Assembly (NCBI RefSeq): GCF_006345805.1
Contig: NC_043024.1
Span: forward strand, 2,232,001 to 2,296,000
Reading direction: 5' to 3'
Source of the DNA: Octopus sinensis
Lineage: Eukaryota
Length of the DNA stretch: 64,000 nt
The notes below the pieces were generated by a model. The model had not been told where the DNA came from. It did not search any database and saw only the letters and a program-made list of their open reading frames with translations. This document shows positions 25,822 to 39,603 of the stretch, piece after piece (positions within the stretch are counted from its first letter, which is position 1; the number at the start of each line of letters is the position of its first letter). A program made the translations under genes and the position numbers.

Positions 25822-26452
25822 GTGAGTACAACACACAGCTACAGATTTATAGCCCCGGGACGATCCCGATCCAGTTGAGAGATGGTCAAAGCATGTGCCA
25901 GCTGCGACCATCATCTCTTTTGTCGTTTTTCTTCAGAGACACAATGTGGTTGTGTAGTAAGAAGACTATTTGGAAACAGGGGAGGGTTTTTGACAGGGAG
26001 AGCACCTGGCAATGGTTGGAAATCCGCCACAACATTTTCTGTCTGGAAAAGTGGACAGAAACACAATAATAACACCTCTCTCTTCTCTCTCTCTCTTTCT
26101 TTGTCTCCCTCCTTCTCTGTCTCTCTCTCCCTCCCTCCCTCTCCTTCTCTCTCTCTCTCCCTCCTCTCTCTTTCTCTCTCTCCCTCCCTCTCTTTTTTCT
26201 CTTCCTCCCTCCCTCTCTTTCTCTCCCCTCTCTTTCTTTCTCTTCCTCCCTCCCTCTTTCTCTCCCCTTTCTTTCTTTCTCTCCCCTTTCTTTCTTTCTC
26301 TCCCTCTCTTTCTTTCTTTCTCTCCCTCCCTCCCTCTCATCTTTCTCTCCCCTCCATCTCTTCTCTTCTCTCCTCTCCCCCCCCAGCTACTCTCTCCTCC
26401 TCTCCTCTATCTCTTCTCTCCTCCTAACGTCTCTCTCTCTTTCTCTCCCCAG

Positions 26453-26535
26453 GCTTCCAAGATGATTGTACTCATGGTGTTTTCCGGAATGTCTCAAGAA
26501 AACTGCAAACATTTGCAAAGTTATTTAACAAAGAA
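26453..26535 (+). CDS. FBXL18: FBXL18-like exon (ASKMIVLMVFSGMSQENCKHLQSYLTK)
   Basis: ccccag| after a long CT tract and AA|gtaagc; phases consistent. Confidence 0.88.
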
Positions 26536-27356
26536 GTAAGCACATCTTCACCATTCTCCTTTTCTCTTCCATTTCTATCTTCACCATACATTCATTCGTT
26601 CATTCGTTCGTTCATTCAAGTATAAAGTGGAGTGTGGTCAAATATGATGATTACTATCATCATCATCATCGTTTAACGTCCGCTTTCCATGCTAGCATGG
26701 GTTGGACGGTTCAACTGGGGTCTGTGAAGCTGCCAGTTGAACCGCCCAACCCATGCTAGCATGGAAAGCGGACTATAAAATACGAATTCCTTTTCTCCGC
26801 CTGAACAAACAAGGGAGGCAAATCTCAACATTGTCGTTCTTTAGGCCATCATCAATGAAAGTATAGGCCTCCAAAAATATATTGTTTCCAGTGTATATTA
26901 TATAAATTGATATATTTGAGAAGTTTCCCAGTTGCCAAGTTTTTGATCAGATCCACAAAATTTAATCTTGTGTAGCACATCTGCTTCTTTACTTAGGAGA
27001 CAAAGTCATCCTGAATATTTTGAGCTGTAAATCCTCATCGTTTAGCATCCGTTGTCCATGCTGGCATGGGTTGAGTGGTTGCTGGGAAGCTGGAAGGCTG
27101 CACCAGACCCCAGTCTGATTTGACACGGTTTCTGTGGCTGGATTCCATCATGTCTGTAGAATTTAGAAAAAGTATTAAGAAAATGGAATCCATGGGACAC
27201 AAGAGGTAATTTTTGGAAAGTCACTTGAGGAGGCGCTTTTGCACCTATAATGCATCATAATTGTTTGTACAGCATCTCACCTGTAAGGTACCAGTGCATG
27301 ATATGTCAGTTCAACAGAATTTTGGTAGGCTGTTATTTCCAGCGGTAGCAGCAGTG

Positions 27357-27720
27357 GTGGAGGCGCAATGGCCCAGTGGTTAGGGCAGCGGACTCGCGGT
27401 CGGAGGATCGCGGTTTCGATTCACAGACCGGGCGTTGTGAGTGTTTATTGAGCGAAAACACCTAAAGCTCCACGAGGCTCCAGCAGGGGGTGGTGTCGAC
27501 CCCTGTTGTACTCTTTCACCCCAGCTTTCTCTCACTCTTTCTTCCTGTTTCTTGTCCCCCGACTTCCTACGCAACCGCCGAGCCTGGATGCGCATTCATC
27601 CATCCATCAATGCTCTCGGTGTCGGGGAGGGCTGACCCGCTTTCTCTTCTGCGGGTCTTACGAATAGCAAAGGACCACGTTTCTGACTTCTTCCATCTTG
27701 CGAGCTCTGGGACGAAGACC
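27357..27720 (+). mobile_element. tRNA-derived SINE family B
   Basis: Head GGAGGCGCAATGGCCCAGTGGTTAGGGCAGCGGACTCGCGGTC..GGTTTCGATTC. Other copies: 1232-1535, 9826-9960, 22890-23275(-), 30540-30780, 35300-35610(-), 42533-42815, 49845-49940(-). Confidence 0.8.
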
Positions 27721-27860
27721 GCTTCGCTCAACAAACAAACAAACAAACAAACAATCAGCAGCACTGAACACATAGTTTGTGGATCACATGTATGTTTGCG
27801 AGTTCATTTCCTGGGTTCTTCGTGTCTTTCTGATTTTCTTCTCCATTTTTACCTTTTCAG

Positions 27861-28011
27861 ATACAAACCAAGCCGCCCTGCCTTGTGGATCAACCTTTTC
27901 CCTTTACAACACATTGACCTTAAAGACGAGTTGAATTCTATACCAACCAAACACTATGAGGAACTGATGTTACTCAGATCTCGAGTCAGTGTCAAACCAG
28001 TCGACTGGTGA
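27861..28011 (+). CDS. FBXL18: FBXL18-like terminal coding exon (YKPSRPALWINLFPL...RSRVSVKPVDW*)
   Basis: ttttcag| acceptor, TGA stop; matches the recalled FBXL18 C-terminus RPALNVVIFPL...KSRVAEEPPNLWW. Confidence 0.9.
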
Positions 28012-29480
28012 AGTCATTTCAACAGAAACCATCATCATCATCTCCATAACCATGATTATTAATATTAATATTATTATTATTATTATTTATTACTATTTTT
28101 TATATTATTATTTTATTATTTATAGCATTATTATTATTATTATTGATATCATATATTATCTGTTATTATCGTTAAGGTGGCTAGCTGACAGAATCATTAA
28201 CAGACCAGGTGAAATGCTTAGTGGTATTTCATGTCTTTGCATTCTGAGTTCAAATGCCGCTGGGGTTGACTTTGCCTTTCATCCTTTCGCGGTCGATAAT
28301 TTAAGTACCAGTTATGCACTGGTCCCTTCTCCCAAAATTCCAAGCCTTGTACCTATAGCAGAAAGGATCATTATTATTATTATTTAGGTAGTAAGCTGGC
28401 AGAATCGTTAGCATGCCACTTTGCAGTTTGCTCGACTTTACGTTCTGAGTTCAAATCCTGCTGAGGTCGACTTTGCCTTTCATCCTTTCGGGGTTGATAA
28501 AATAAGTACCAGTTGAGCACTGGGGTTGATGAAATCGACTGCCCCATCCCCACAAATTCCAGGCCTTGTGTCTATAGTAGAAAGGATTATTGTTATTATC
28601 AGTATTTTTATTATTTAAGGCGGCGAGCTGGCAGAATTGTGAGCATGCCAGGCAAAATGCTTTGCGGCATTTCGTCCTTAAATTCCATCAGGGTTGATAA
28701 ATTAAGTACCTGTGAAAAACTGGGGTCAATGTAATTGACTAGTCACCTACCCCAAAATTTCATGCCTTGTGCCTATAGTAGAAAGGACTATTATTATTAT
28801 TATTATTATTATTAAAGTAGGGAGCTGGACAATGCCTAGCAACATTTTGTCTGTTTTTTTCTTTGTGGGATTTGGTTGACTTTGTTCTTCCTTTCAGGGT
28901 CAATAAATTAAGTACCACTGAAACTCTGGGGTCGATATAATCGACTCGTCCCCTTCCCACAAATTTCAGGCCTTGTGCCTTTAGTAGAAAGGACTATTAT
29001 TATTATTATTATTATTATTGTGTGAGTGAGAGAGCAGTGCATGCCATCAAAGTGACACTGGGGTAAAATATACGAAGCTCAATATACCCATCATGACTAC
29101 CCGTCTGATAAGGGTACACTTGGCATATGCATCACAACCCAGTGTGCGCGACATGGTGATCTCACATCAAGATAAACAGTGCATGACCTTGCAGTTGGGG
29201 CCCAGTTAGAACTTTCTTCTGGTCGAGTAGCCCATCCCACTCAAAAGGTCCCTGAATAAGGATTGTTTAAGGATGTTGAACAAAACACTCATGTTTCCAA
29301 AGGTGAATTATGCTAATCCCAAAGTGTCCCTCTCAACACACGGCTATGATGCTCCCCCACTACTTCTGCTCGTGATCAGAGATGCACATATCGTCAGCCA
29401 CTAAGGGACATGCTCAACTGGTTAAGGTCAAACAACTGACAAGCAAATCTGTGGTATTGAGCAGAATATTTGCTGTAGCC

Positions 29481-29513
<33 letters not shown>

Positions 29514-31803
29514 TACTATTACTATTATTTACGTTCTGAGTTCAAATTCCGCCGAGGTCGACTTTGCCTTTCATCCTTTCGGGGTCGATAAATTAAGTAC
29601 CAGTTACGCACTGGGGTCGATGTTATCGACTTAATCCCTTTGTCTGTCCTGGTTTGTCCCCTCTATGTTTAGCCCCTTGTGGGTAGTAAAGAAATATAAT
29701 TATTATTATTATTATTATTATTTTTAGTATTATTATTGTTATTATTTTTAATTATTATCATTGTTTTTATTAATATTATTACTTTTATTATTTAAAAAGT
29801 ATATAAAAACAAAAACAATCATCAGCATCATCATCATCAACAACAACAACAACCACATCAAAAACAAACCCCCTTTTTCCCCCTGCCAAACCTTGAATTC
29901 TTGCTTCATGTGAAATTTTTTTTGGTCAAGCTTCCGCTGGAGACAAACCCTTCTCTTCGTTTCTCGGTATCCACCCCACCCCACCCCACCCCACCCCACC
30001 CCCCCACTAATTTGTCATAACATCCATTGTCACCTCTCACTGGTCTGGTCAGACTCTGGACAAAGACAAAAAAAAAAAAAAACCACAATAAACAACACCA
30101 AAAATACCCCCACCCCCACCCCACCCACCCATCCACCCAAAGAAAACCAAAACAGAAAATAAAATTTTTTTTTTTTAATTTCGTCCAAATGGTTCCATAA
30201 AGACTTGTATTATTATTATTATCATCATTATTATCATTATTATTATTATCATCATTATTATTATTATTATTTTTAAGGCGGCAAGCTAGCAGAATTGTTA
30301 GCACACCAGGCGAAATGTTCAGTGGCATTTTGTCTGCCTTTATGTTTTGAGTTCAAATGCTGCTGAGGTCGACTTTGCCTTTCATCCAATGGGAGTCGAT
30401 AAAATAAGTACCAGTTACACACTGGGGGTCGATGTGTCGACTGCCCCCCTCCCCCAAATTTCAGGCCTTGTGCCTATAGTCGAAAGGATTATTATTATTA
30501 TTAATATCAAGGCAGTGAGCTGGCAGAATAATTTACGTGGTTTCAATTCCCAGACCGGGCGTTGTGAGTGTTTATTGAGCGAAAACCCTAAAAGCTCCGC
30601 GAGGCTCCGGCAGGGGGTGGTGGCGATCCCTGCTGTACTCTTTCACCACAACTTTCTCTCACTCTTTCTTCTGTTGGCCTGCTCACTTAGCCAGCGGGGT
30701 GGCGTCATTCGAAGGCTAAAACAATGCGAAGCGCATTGTGACCAGCGATGTGTAGCAACATCTGATAGCCTGGTCTGTCACGGTCGAAATCTAAACCCGC
30801 TGGGCCTTGAGATATCTGCCCTTTATGCTCTTGTTTTATGATGCCGCTAAATGTCTGCTGAAACTGAAATTGCATTGAGGACAAGTCCTTTTAGCCATTT
30901 AAAAACCAGGCATAAAACAGTTGCATTCACTTTTGGTTCCGAACCACATGATTTCAGGTTCAATCCCACCATGAGGCTCCTTGGCCAAGTGTTTTCTACT
31001 ATAGCGCTGGGTTGGCCCCAGTGCTAAACTGGTATTTATTGTATTGACCCTGAAAGGATAAAAGTGAACTTTAGTGATATTTGAACTCAGGACGTGAAGC
31101 TGGAAGAATTGTTGTCAAGCATTTTATCTACCATGCCAATGATTCTGCTAGCTTGCAGCCTTCATCATCATCATCGTTTAGTGTCTGCTTTCCATGCTAG
31201 CATGGGTTGGACAGTTCAACTGGGGTCTGGGAAGCCAGAAGGCTGCACCAGGCCCTGTCTGATCTGGCAGTGTTTCTACAGCTGGATGCCCTTCCTAACA
31301 CCAACCACTCCGTGAGTGTAGTGGGTGCTTTTTACGTGCCACCTGCACAGGTGCCAGACGAGGCTGGCAAAGGGCCACGATCGGATGGTGCTTCTTACGT
31401 GCCACCTCACAGGTGCCAGACGAGGCTGGCAAACAGCCACGATCAGATGGTGCTTTTTACGTGCCACCGGCACAGGTGCCAGTCGGGGCGGCGCTGGCAA
31501 CGGCCACGTTTGGATGATTCTCTTACGTACCACCAGCACTGGTATCACAGCTGCAAAGCTGTGATACCAGTACGCAGCCTTCTTAATAATAATAATAATA
31601 ATAATAATAATCCTTTCTACTAAAGGCACAAGGCCTGAAATCTTAAGAAATTGAGCCCAGTATTCAACTGGTACATATTTCGTTGACTGATAGGATGAAT
31701 GGCAAAGTCTACCTTGGTGCCACTTAAAGTCAGAACATAAAACTGGAAAAAAATTTTTAAGCACTTTTCGTCTGGTATGTAAACAATTCAACCAGCTTAC
31801 CAC

Positions 31804-31835
<32 letters not shown>

Positions 31836-33441
31836 CAATAATAATAATAATAATTCTCACCCTCACCCCACTATCTATTTTTCTTCCCCTCCACATCAAA
31901 AGAAAATAAAAAAAAAAACTAAATATATATATATACCAAATTATTTTTCTGCTAATAATCTGGGTTTTGTTGTACAAAAAGGGCTTCTTCAGACAAAGAA
32001 ATAAAATTAAAATAAAATAAAATAAATATATAAATATAAATATTTCTGTAATTGTGAACATTACAAATGTTAAGTCCCCCATCCCCAGCTCCCCCCCCCT
32101 CCACATTTCATGTCTAAAAAGAAAAAAAAGACAATTTTCACTGCTCAACCCTCAAGACAGACAGACAGAAAGACAGACTGACAAACAGACAGACTATCAA
32201 GAGATATTTGTAAATAGAAATATTAAAGAAATAAAAACCTAAATTTTCTGTTTTTTCTTTCTTTTTTGTTTGAGATGAAGAATTGTTCTATATTTCGTTT
32301 TTGTGTTTGATTCGACCTTTTTGATACCATTCTTATTTCTTTATTGCCCACAAGGGGCTAAACACAGAGGGGACAAACAAGGACAGACAGACAGACAGAC
32401 GGATTAAGTCGATTACATCGACCCCCGATGTAATCGACTTAATCCGTCTGTCTGTCTGTCCTTGTTTGTCCCCTCTGTGTTTAGCCCCTTGTGGGCAATA
32501 AAGAAATAAGAATGGTAACAAAAGAATGGTACTTAATTTATCGACCCCAAAAGGATGAAAGGCAATGTCGACCATGGCAGAATTTGAACTCGGAACGTAG
32601 CGGCAGACGAAATACTGCTAAGCATTTCGTCCGCCGTGCTAACGATTCTGCCAGCTCACCGCCTTTTTGATACCATTCTGTCCGGAATTGTTCTTGGTCC
32701 CGTGATACAAGCTTCCTGTTTTTAAAAACGATCTACAGGGTGTTTGGTAGAAATGCTTGGGTGTCATTCCATCTATTGTGACTCTGTTCAGAAGGCTGTA
32801 ATTTGGTTGGCAGTAATCATCATCGTTTAACGTCCGTTTTCCGCGCTAGCACGGGTTGGACGGTTCGACCGGGGTCTGGGAAGCCAGAAGGCTGCACCAG
32901 GCTCCAGTCTGATCTGGCAATGTTTCTATGGCTGGATGCCCTTCCTAACACCAACCACTCCGCGAGTGTAGTGGGTGCTTTTTATGTGCCACCTGCACAG
33001 GTGCCAGGGGGGAGCCCGGCATCGGCCACGATCGGTTGGAGCTTTTAACGTGTCAGCGGCACGGAAGCCAGCCAAGGCGGCGCTGGCAACGTTCGGATGG
33101 TGCTTTTTATGTGCCACTGGCACAGAAGCCAGTCGGAGCGGCGCTGGCATAATCCCGGACGGAAATCACATACGGGCATGGTTGTCTTCAACCCTTTTAT
33201 TTGTGGCCCCACTTGTACGTCCAAAGGAATGACAAACAGAACGGTTGGTGTTTGAGGGGCCATGGTCTTCTGTGCTTTGCTCCTGAGGCCTAAGATTAGA
33301 ACCAGTCGAGTTGCGTCCTCATAGCTTGCGTGTCCATGCAGAAAAGAGGAAGAGATGAGGTCACGTGTCCAAACCTCAATGTTGTATAGCGCCCTCTCTC
33401 TGTATAGCCAGCTTCTTTACCCCTGTCAAGGGGGTAATATG

Positions 33442-33601
33442 ACGGGAAGCTTTACGAAAATAAACAAAAGACGAAGGCAGGTGGAGTACAAACAAACAAT
33501 TGTATTAGTATGGCGCTCAGGAATAGAAATAAAACAAGTCTTTTACGTTTCGAGCCTAAGCTCTTCGTCAGAAAGGAACACAGAAAAGAAGCACAGAGAA
33601 A
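33442..33601 (-). mobile_element. 160-bp non-autonomous hammerhead-containing retroelement
   Basis: Flanked by the 15-bp duplication CAAGGGGGTAATATG (33427-33441, 33602-33616); related tandem copies at about 52301-52425 and 52488-52612. Confidence 0.75.
33540..33575 (-). ncRNA. Minimal hammerhead ribozyme motif
   Basis: CTTT-CTGACGA-A-GAGC-TTAG-GCTC-GAAA-CGTA-AAAG; stem III is reduced to a palindromic ACGT, as in dimer-type Penelope hammerheads. Confidence 0.7.
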
Positions 33602-34999
33602 CAAGGGGGTAATATGCCTACACATGCAACTATAAAAGGAAGAAAATAAAAACCTTTCGGTTTGGAGATATCAGCACAGAGCAAGGTTTCTTAGACTGGG
33701 GTACACGTATCCCTAGGGATATCCAAGAGAAATTGCTGGGGCGTGTAAGGTTTGTAAAAACACTGGAATTTTGAAGTAATCACCACCAACGAGACACAAC
33801 TTGTCTATCGAGTAACGTTGGAGAACATTTTGGTGTTCCCATCTACTTATTGTGGGTTTTTCAGTATCGTTTATAAATAGAAACAAATTTCAGACAAGAA
33901 TTTGAGCGTGATCCTTACCTGTGTCGCCTTACTAACACCTGTGTTGGTGGCACGTGAAAAACATTCAAAGCGAGGTCGTTGCCAGTACTGCCTCACTGGC
34001 CCTTGTGCCGGTGGCACGTAAAAAGCACCAACCGATCGTGGCCACTGCCAGACTCCCCTGGCACCTGTGCCAGTGGCACATAAAAGCATCCACTACACTC
34101 TTGGAGTGGTTGGCATTAGGAAGGGCATCCAGCTGTAGAAACTCTGCCAGATCAGATTGGAGCCTGGTGCATCCATCTGGTTCACTAGTCCTCAGTCAAA
34201 ATCGTCCAACCCATGCTAGCATGGAAAGCAGACGTTAAACGATGATGATGATGAATTACACAGTGTAACACGATTTTTGCCCTAGGATAGCAACTATTAT
34301 TTCCTATGAGCTTACCCATAGAAAGTATGAAGAATGGCTAATATCACCTTCGAACTTTGCTTTCGTTACAATTATTCAAACCCAAAATGTCCCTCTCAAC
34401 ACATTGCTATGATCCTTTCCCACTATTCCTGCTCATCATCAGAGATGCACATCTCGTCAGCCACTAAGGGACATGCTCAACTGGTTAAGGTCAAGCAACT
34501 GACAAGCAAGTCTATAGTATTGAGCAGAATATTTTATTTCATAGAAATTTGCCATAAAGGCATTACACAGAAGTAGCTTACAGGCTAGACATAAACATTA
34601 ACCCTTTCGTTATCGTATTTATTTCGAGATGCTCTGTGTTTCATTCAATTAATTTTAAATATAACAAAGAATTTAGTAAAATAACTTAGTTAGCATTAAG
34701 CTAGTGTTAGGAACATAAATTGTGACTAAGGTTTGGTGGAAGATTTTAATTCAATACTTATGGAAGTAACACATCTGTACTACAGAGCAAGAGGTGGTTT
34801 CAGCCGGGTTGGTATCAAAAGGGTTAATGAAGCAGATGATTATGATGAAAAATGATAAAGATGGGAGAAGGTAGAAGGTGCCCGCCGACCCTCTGCTTCT
34901 CTAGAACATTTTTCTTTTCCAAAAATGCATAAACTGAGGTAATGACCATCTTACAAAAAATACAATTTCTTTGGACCAAAAGTCCATACAATCAAAATA

Positions 35000-35139
35000 T
35001 TAGGTTGTCCCAAAAGTTCGTAAACACTTGCGAAAATTGAATTTTTCTCGCCAAATACTAACAAAAACAGCAAAAATTATTCCTCAAAATAAAGACCATT
35101 ATTTTCCAAGACTTTCTACGAACTTTTGGGACAACCTTA
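35000..35139. mobile_element. mariner-type MITE
   Basis: TA|TTAGGTTGTCCCAAAAGTTCGTA..TACGAACTTTTGGGACAACCTTA|TA. Confidence 0.8.
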
Positions 35140-35839
35140 TACAGTCTACACACCAATTAGAGGCAATAAACCTCTACACTTCCTTCCCCCAGCAAATCTC
35201 GTGCAAATTGCAGGCATTGTTTCCACCGAATATTTGCCATCACATTTCTGCTTCAGTGACTCAGGACTGAATCCTTGTGAAATGTAATGGAAAATATATA
35301 GGAGCACTCCGTCGGTTACGACGGCGAGGGGTCCCAGCTGATACGATCAACGGAACAGCTTGCTCGTGAAATTAACGTGCAAGTGGCTGAATACTCCACA
35401 GACACGTGTACCCCTAACGTAGTTAGCAAGGAGATCCAGCGTGACACAAAGTGTGACAAGGCTGGCCCTTTGAAATACAGGTACAACTCATTTTTGCCAG
35501 CTGAGTGGACTGGAGTAATGTGAAATAAAGTGTCTTGCTCAAGGACACAACGCGTCACTGGGAATTGAGCTCACGACCTCACAATCGTAAGCCGAATGCC
35601 CCTAACCACTAAGCCACGCGCCTTCACCAATAGAAAATAGGTCAGTTTCAAAACACTATTGTCCAGATGACAAAAGTAAAGTTTGACGGGAATAGTAGTC
35701 ATTTTCTTAGATTTCTAGATCGAAGCAGATAGGAAATAAGACTTACTGACCAAAGATAAATAAACAAGAATTTTGTTACTCAGTGTTATGAATGATACAC
35801 GGGCCTTCCTCGCCGAAAATGTTTCTAGAATTGAGTTAC

Positions 35840-36252
35840 TGGTTACAAACAGTTACCTAGAAATTATGTTAAAAAACTGCCGTTCAAACCCCCAAAAAGA
35901 TCCCTTGAAGAAATCGACGAGTGGTCTTTAATAAACCTTAATCCTTCGCCTCTGAGCTTGGCGGACATTTCTAAGGATGGTTGCAAACAGTTACCTAGAA
36001 TTCATGTCAAAAACTGCCGTTCAAACCCCAAAAAAGATCCCTTGAAGAAATCGACGAGTGGCCTTTAATAAACCTTAATCCTTCGCCTCTGAGCTTGGCG
36101 GACATTTCTAAGGATGGTTGCTAACAGTTACCTAGAAATTATGTTAAAAACTGCCGTTCAATCCCTCAAAAAGATCCATTGAAGAAATCGACGAGTGGCC
36201 TTTAATAAACCTTAATCCTTGGCCTCTGAGCTTGGCGGACATTTCTAAGGAC
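35840..36252. repeat. ~137-bp tandem repeat x3 containing a MITE TIR
   Basis: Units recur at 35847, 35985 and 36122; each includes GTTACCTAGAAATTAT..CTGCCGTTCAAACC..AAAGATCC. Confidence 0.9.
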
Positions 36253-36888
36253 CACTTTTTATCACAATGACAAAATGACGTCATACAATGAATTATTTAT
36301 TTTTGCCTCCAAAAAACAAATTCTGGTCAGTGTACCTCTAAGAAGCGTATACCGTAAATCCATGATTGACGGGGGAGAAAAATGATTGTAGGTTCCCCGT
36401 GGTATATATCGATAGCAATAATGGTGAATGCCGTCTAGCTACAACAACGACAACAACATCAACAACAAATGAAGAAAAGGGCAAGAAAATAACCGGTCCG
36501 GATGACATTATACACCATTCAATGACTTCGTGTATATAAACCGAACAACCCTTTCGGTCATAGGACATATTTATAAAGGTACGCACACACACGAGCACAC
36601 ATACATGCATATATACATACATACGTACGTACGTACATACATACATATATACGTACGTACGTACGTACATATGTACATACGTACGTACATACATACATAC
36701 ATACATACGTACATATGTACTTACGTACGTACATGCGTACATATGTACTTACGTACGTACGTACATACATACATGCACACACACACATACATACAAATAC
36801 ACATACATACATACATACATACATACATACATACATACATACATACGCTCACATCAGGTTGGAGTAGGACCCATGGAGGCCCCTAAAC

Positions 36889-37565
36889 CAGGGCTGGCCA
36901 ACTCGCAGACTTTTATCTTGCGGCCTGCTTGATACTTTCTGGAAGTATTGTCTTTAATTTCAAAATAAAACTAGCTGTATCACCTGATGTTGCTCGGAAT
37001 TTTTGAAAAGTAAAAATTGTGCAGTATGTAGCTTGTTATTCTCTTTAAGTGAACATTTTTCTGGTTGAAATACACCGAAAAATGGCGACACAGCAGTCAA
37101 AAAATCGTAAAAAATAGGGATTTTCATAGAAAAAAAGCACCTTTTTGATGTAAATAATTTATGGTGTTAACATGGTCCGATTTGAGTTTTTTCTTCTACG
37201 GAAGGAAGAGCAAACCTTCTTCTATCATACTATCAATTTTGGTCAACTTGTGCCGCAGGGTCTTGGAGGAGATAGTGTTAGTTGAAGGCTACCAAACTTG
37301 CCACACGCAGACAACTTCAGCTTTATATAGAGAGAGATTGTTTATGTAAATCATTTGTTTTAAAATAATTTTAAAATTTATAATTGGCAATAAAACGATA
37401 GCCCACAATTTTATAATTTTAAACAAACAAACGAAAAACAATTGAAAAATTCTTGATTCTGTAATTTGATTATTTGACTATCTGTGCATAAATTATACAA
37501 GCGGCTCTCAAAAAACTTTCTTTAATTAAAGTGGTTCGCAATATAATTCGAGTTGGCCAGGCCTG
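36889..37565. mobile_element. hAT-type MITE
   Basis: TIRs CAGGGCTGGCCAACTCG / CGAGTTGGCCAGGCCTG; 8-bp flanks CCCTAAAC/CCCAAAAC. Confidence 0.75.
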
Positions 37566-38302
37566 CCCAAAACACGTAAAAGATGTTGGTGTCCCCATAT
37601 AAATGTAATTGAAACTATAAACAATAATAAACCATAATATAATTAATTTGGCAAAATGAACGAAACGAAAATAACAGTAAGAAAATAATGCTTATTTTTG
37701 CATACGCCCACTTTATTTATATTTGAAAAAGTTTTCGCTTTCTTTTAATTGCAAAGTCTTTCTTTTATTCTTTTATTTGTTTCGGTCATTTGACTATGGC
37801 CATGCTGGAGCACTGCCTTTAGTCGAGCAAATCGACCCCAGGACTTATTCTTTGTAAGCCTAGTACTTATCCTATCGGTCACTCTTGCCGAACCGCTAGG
37901 TTACGGGGACGTAAACACACCAGCATCGGTTGTCAAGCGATGTTGGGGGGACTAACACAGACACACAAACATATACATACATACATACATACATATATAA
38001 TATAATATATCATCATCGTTTAACGTCCGCTTTCCATGCTAGCATGGGTTGGATGGTTCGACCGGGGTCTGGGAAGCCTTGAGGCTGCACCAGACTCCAG
38101 TCTGATCTGGCAGTGTTTTTACAGCTGGATCCCCTTCCTAACGCCAACCACTCCGTGAGTGTAGCAGGTGCTTTTTACGTGCCAGGGGATGCTGGCAACG
38201 GCCACGATCGGTTGGTGATTTTTACGTGCCACCACCACGGAAGTCAGTCAAGGTGGTGCTGGCATCGACCAAGTACGGATGGTGCTTTTACATGCCACCG
38301 TA

Positions 38303-38334
<32 letters not shown>

Positions 38335-38344
38335 TATATATATA

Positions 38345-38416
<72 letters not shown>

Positions 38417-39603
38417 GACGGGCTTCTTTCAGTTTCTGTCTACCAAATCCACTCACCAGGCTTTGGTCGGCCCGAGGCTATAGTAGAAGACACTTGCCCA
38501 AGGTGTCACACAGTGAAGCAAGGCAAATTTTCTATCATGGGGACACTGACTGAACATCTCGCTTTCTGAATTTAAGAAACCCCTGAATCAAGCGAATCCT
38601 TAGTCTCTTAACTCTGTGAGCCAAGCAAGGTTTGCATCATCTGCTTCCATTGAGGTAAGGGCCAGGCTGTTCCCGGGGGTTTCCATTTAATCCTGTATGG
38701 CATTCTCTCTTCTTTTAAATGCAATATATATTTAGCCAAAGATGTTACGTTGCATCTCTCTGGGTTCCTAAAAGAGTACCTGTGGTTATTTAGTCGAAGC
38801 TTAAAAGGGTCCTCCGTTGCCCTAACATGTTTCCACCTCCATTAAGAAAGAGGTTATGTGTTTCAAGCCAGCGTGTCTGGTGAGTCACCTCCATCACTAA
38901 GAGTAGTAATAGACTTGTAACCAATGGCAACTTTCTGACTAACCACATCCAACGACTACATGATATGTATGTATACGCATGTATATATGTAAGTATGTAT
39001 TTAGGTGTCTCAGTATGTATAAAGATAAGGCGGCAAACTGGCAGAATCGTTAGCACGCCGGGCCAAATACATAGCCGTATTTCGTCTGCTGTTACGTTCT
39101 GAGTTCAAATTCCATCGAGGTTGACTTTGCCTTTCATCCTTTCGGGGTCGATTAAATAAGTACCAGTTACGCACTTGGGTCGATATAATCGACTTAACCC
39201 ATTTGTCTGTCTTTGTCCTCTCTGCGTTTAGCCCCTTGTGGGTAGTAAAGAAATAGGTATTTCGTCTGCTGCTATGTTCTGAGTTTAAATTCTGCCGAGG
39301 TCGACTTTGCCTTTCATCCTTTCGGGGTTGATAAATTAAGTACCAGTTACGCACTGGGATAGATGTAATCGACTTAATCCGTTTGTTTGTCCTTGTTTGT
39401 CCTCTCTGTGTTTAGCCCCTTGTGGGTAGTAAAGAAATAGGTATGTATGAAGACGTAAACAAATATCTTTATTTTTGCAGGTATATTGATAAAGCTATTG
39501 TGTGCCATTGGGAACTTTGAAGAAAAATAGAAAAAAGAAAAAAAAGGAAAAAATCCTGCTTTGGGAATTATTTCAGAGGAACGCATCATAAAAGCTAAAA
39601 GAA

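Noticed and set aside
27490-27860. N-terminal part of the 173-aa ORF 27490-28011
   Set aside because: SINE B and intron sequence; only 27861-28011 is exon.
31276-32148. 290-aa minus-strand ORF
   Set aside because: Concatenation of low-complexity AT-rich sequence, (ATT)n and SINE D.
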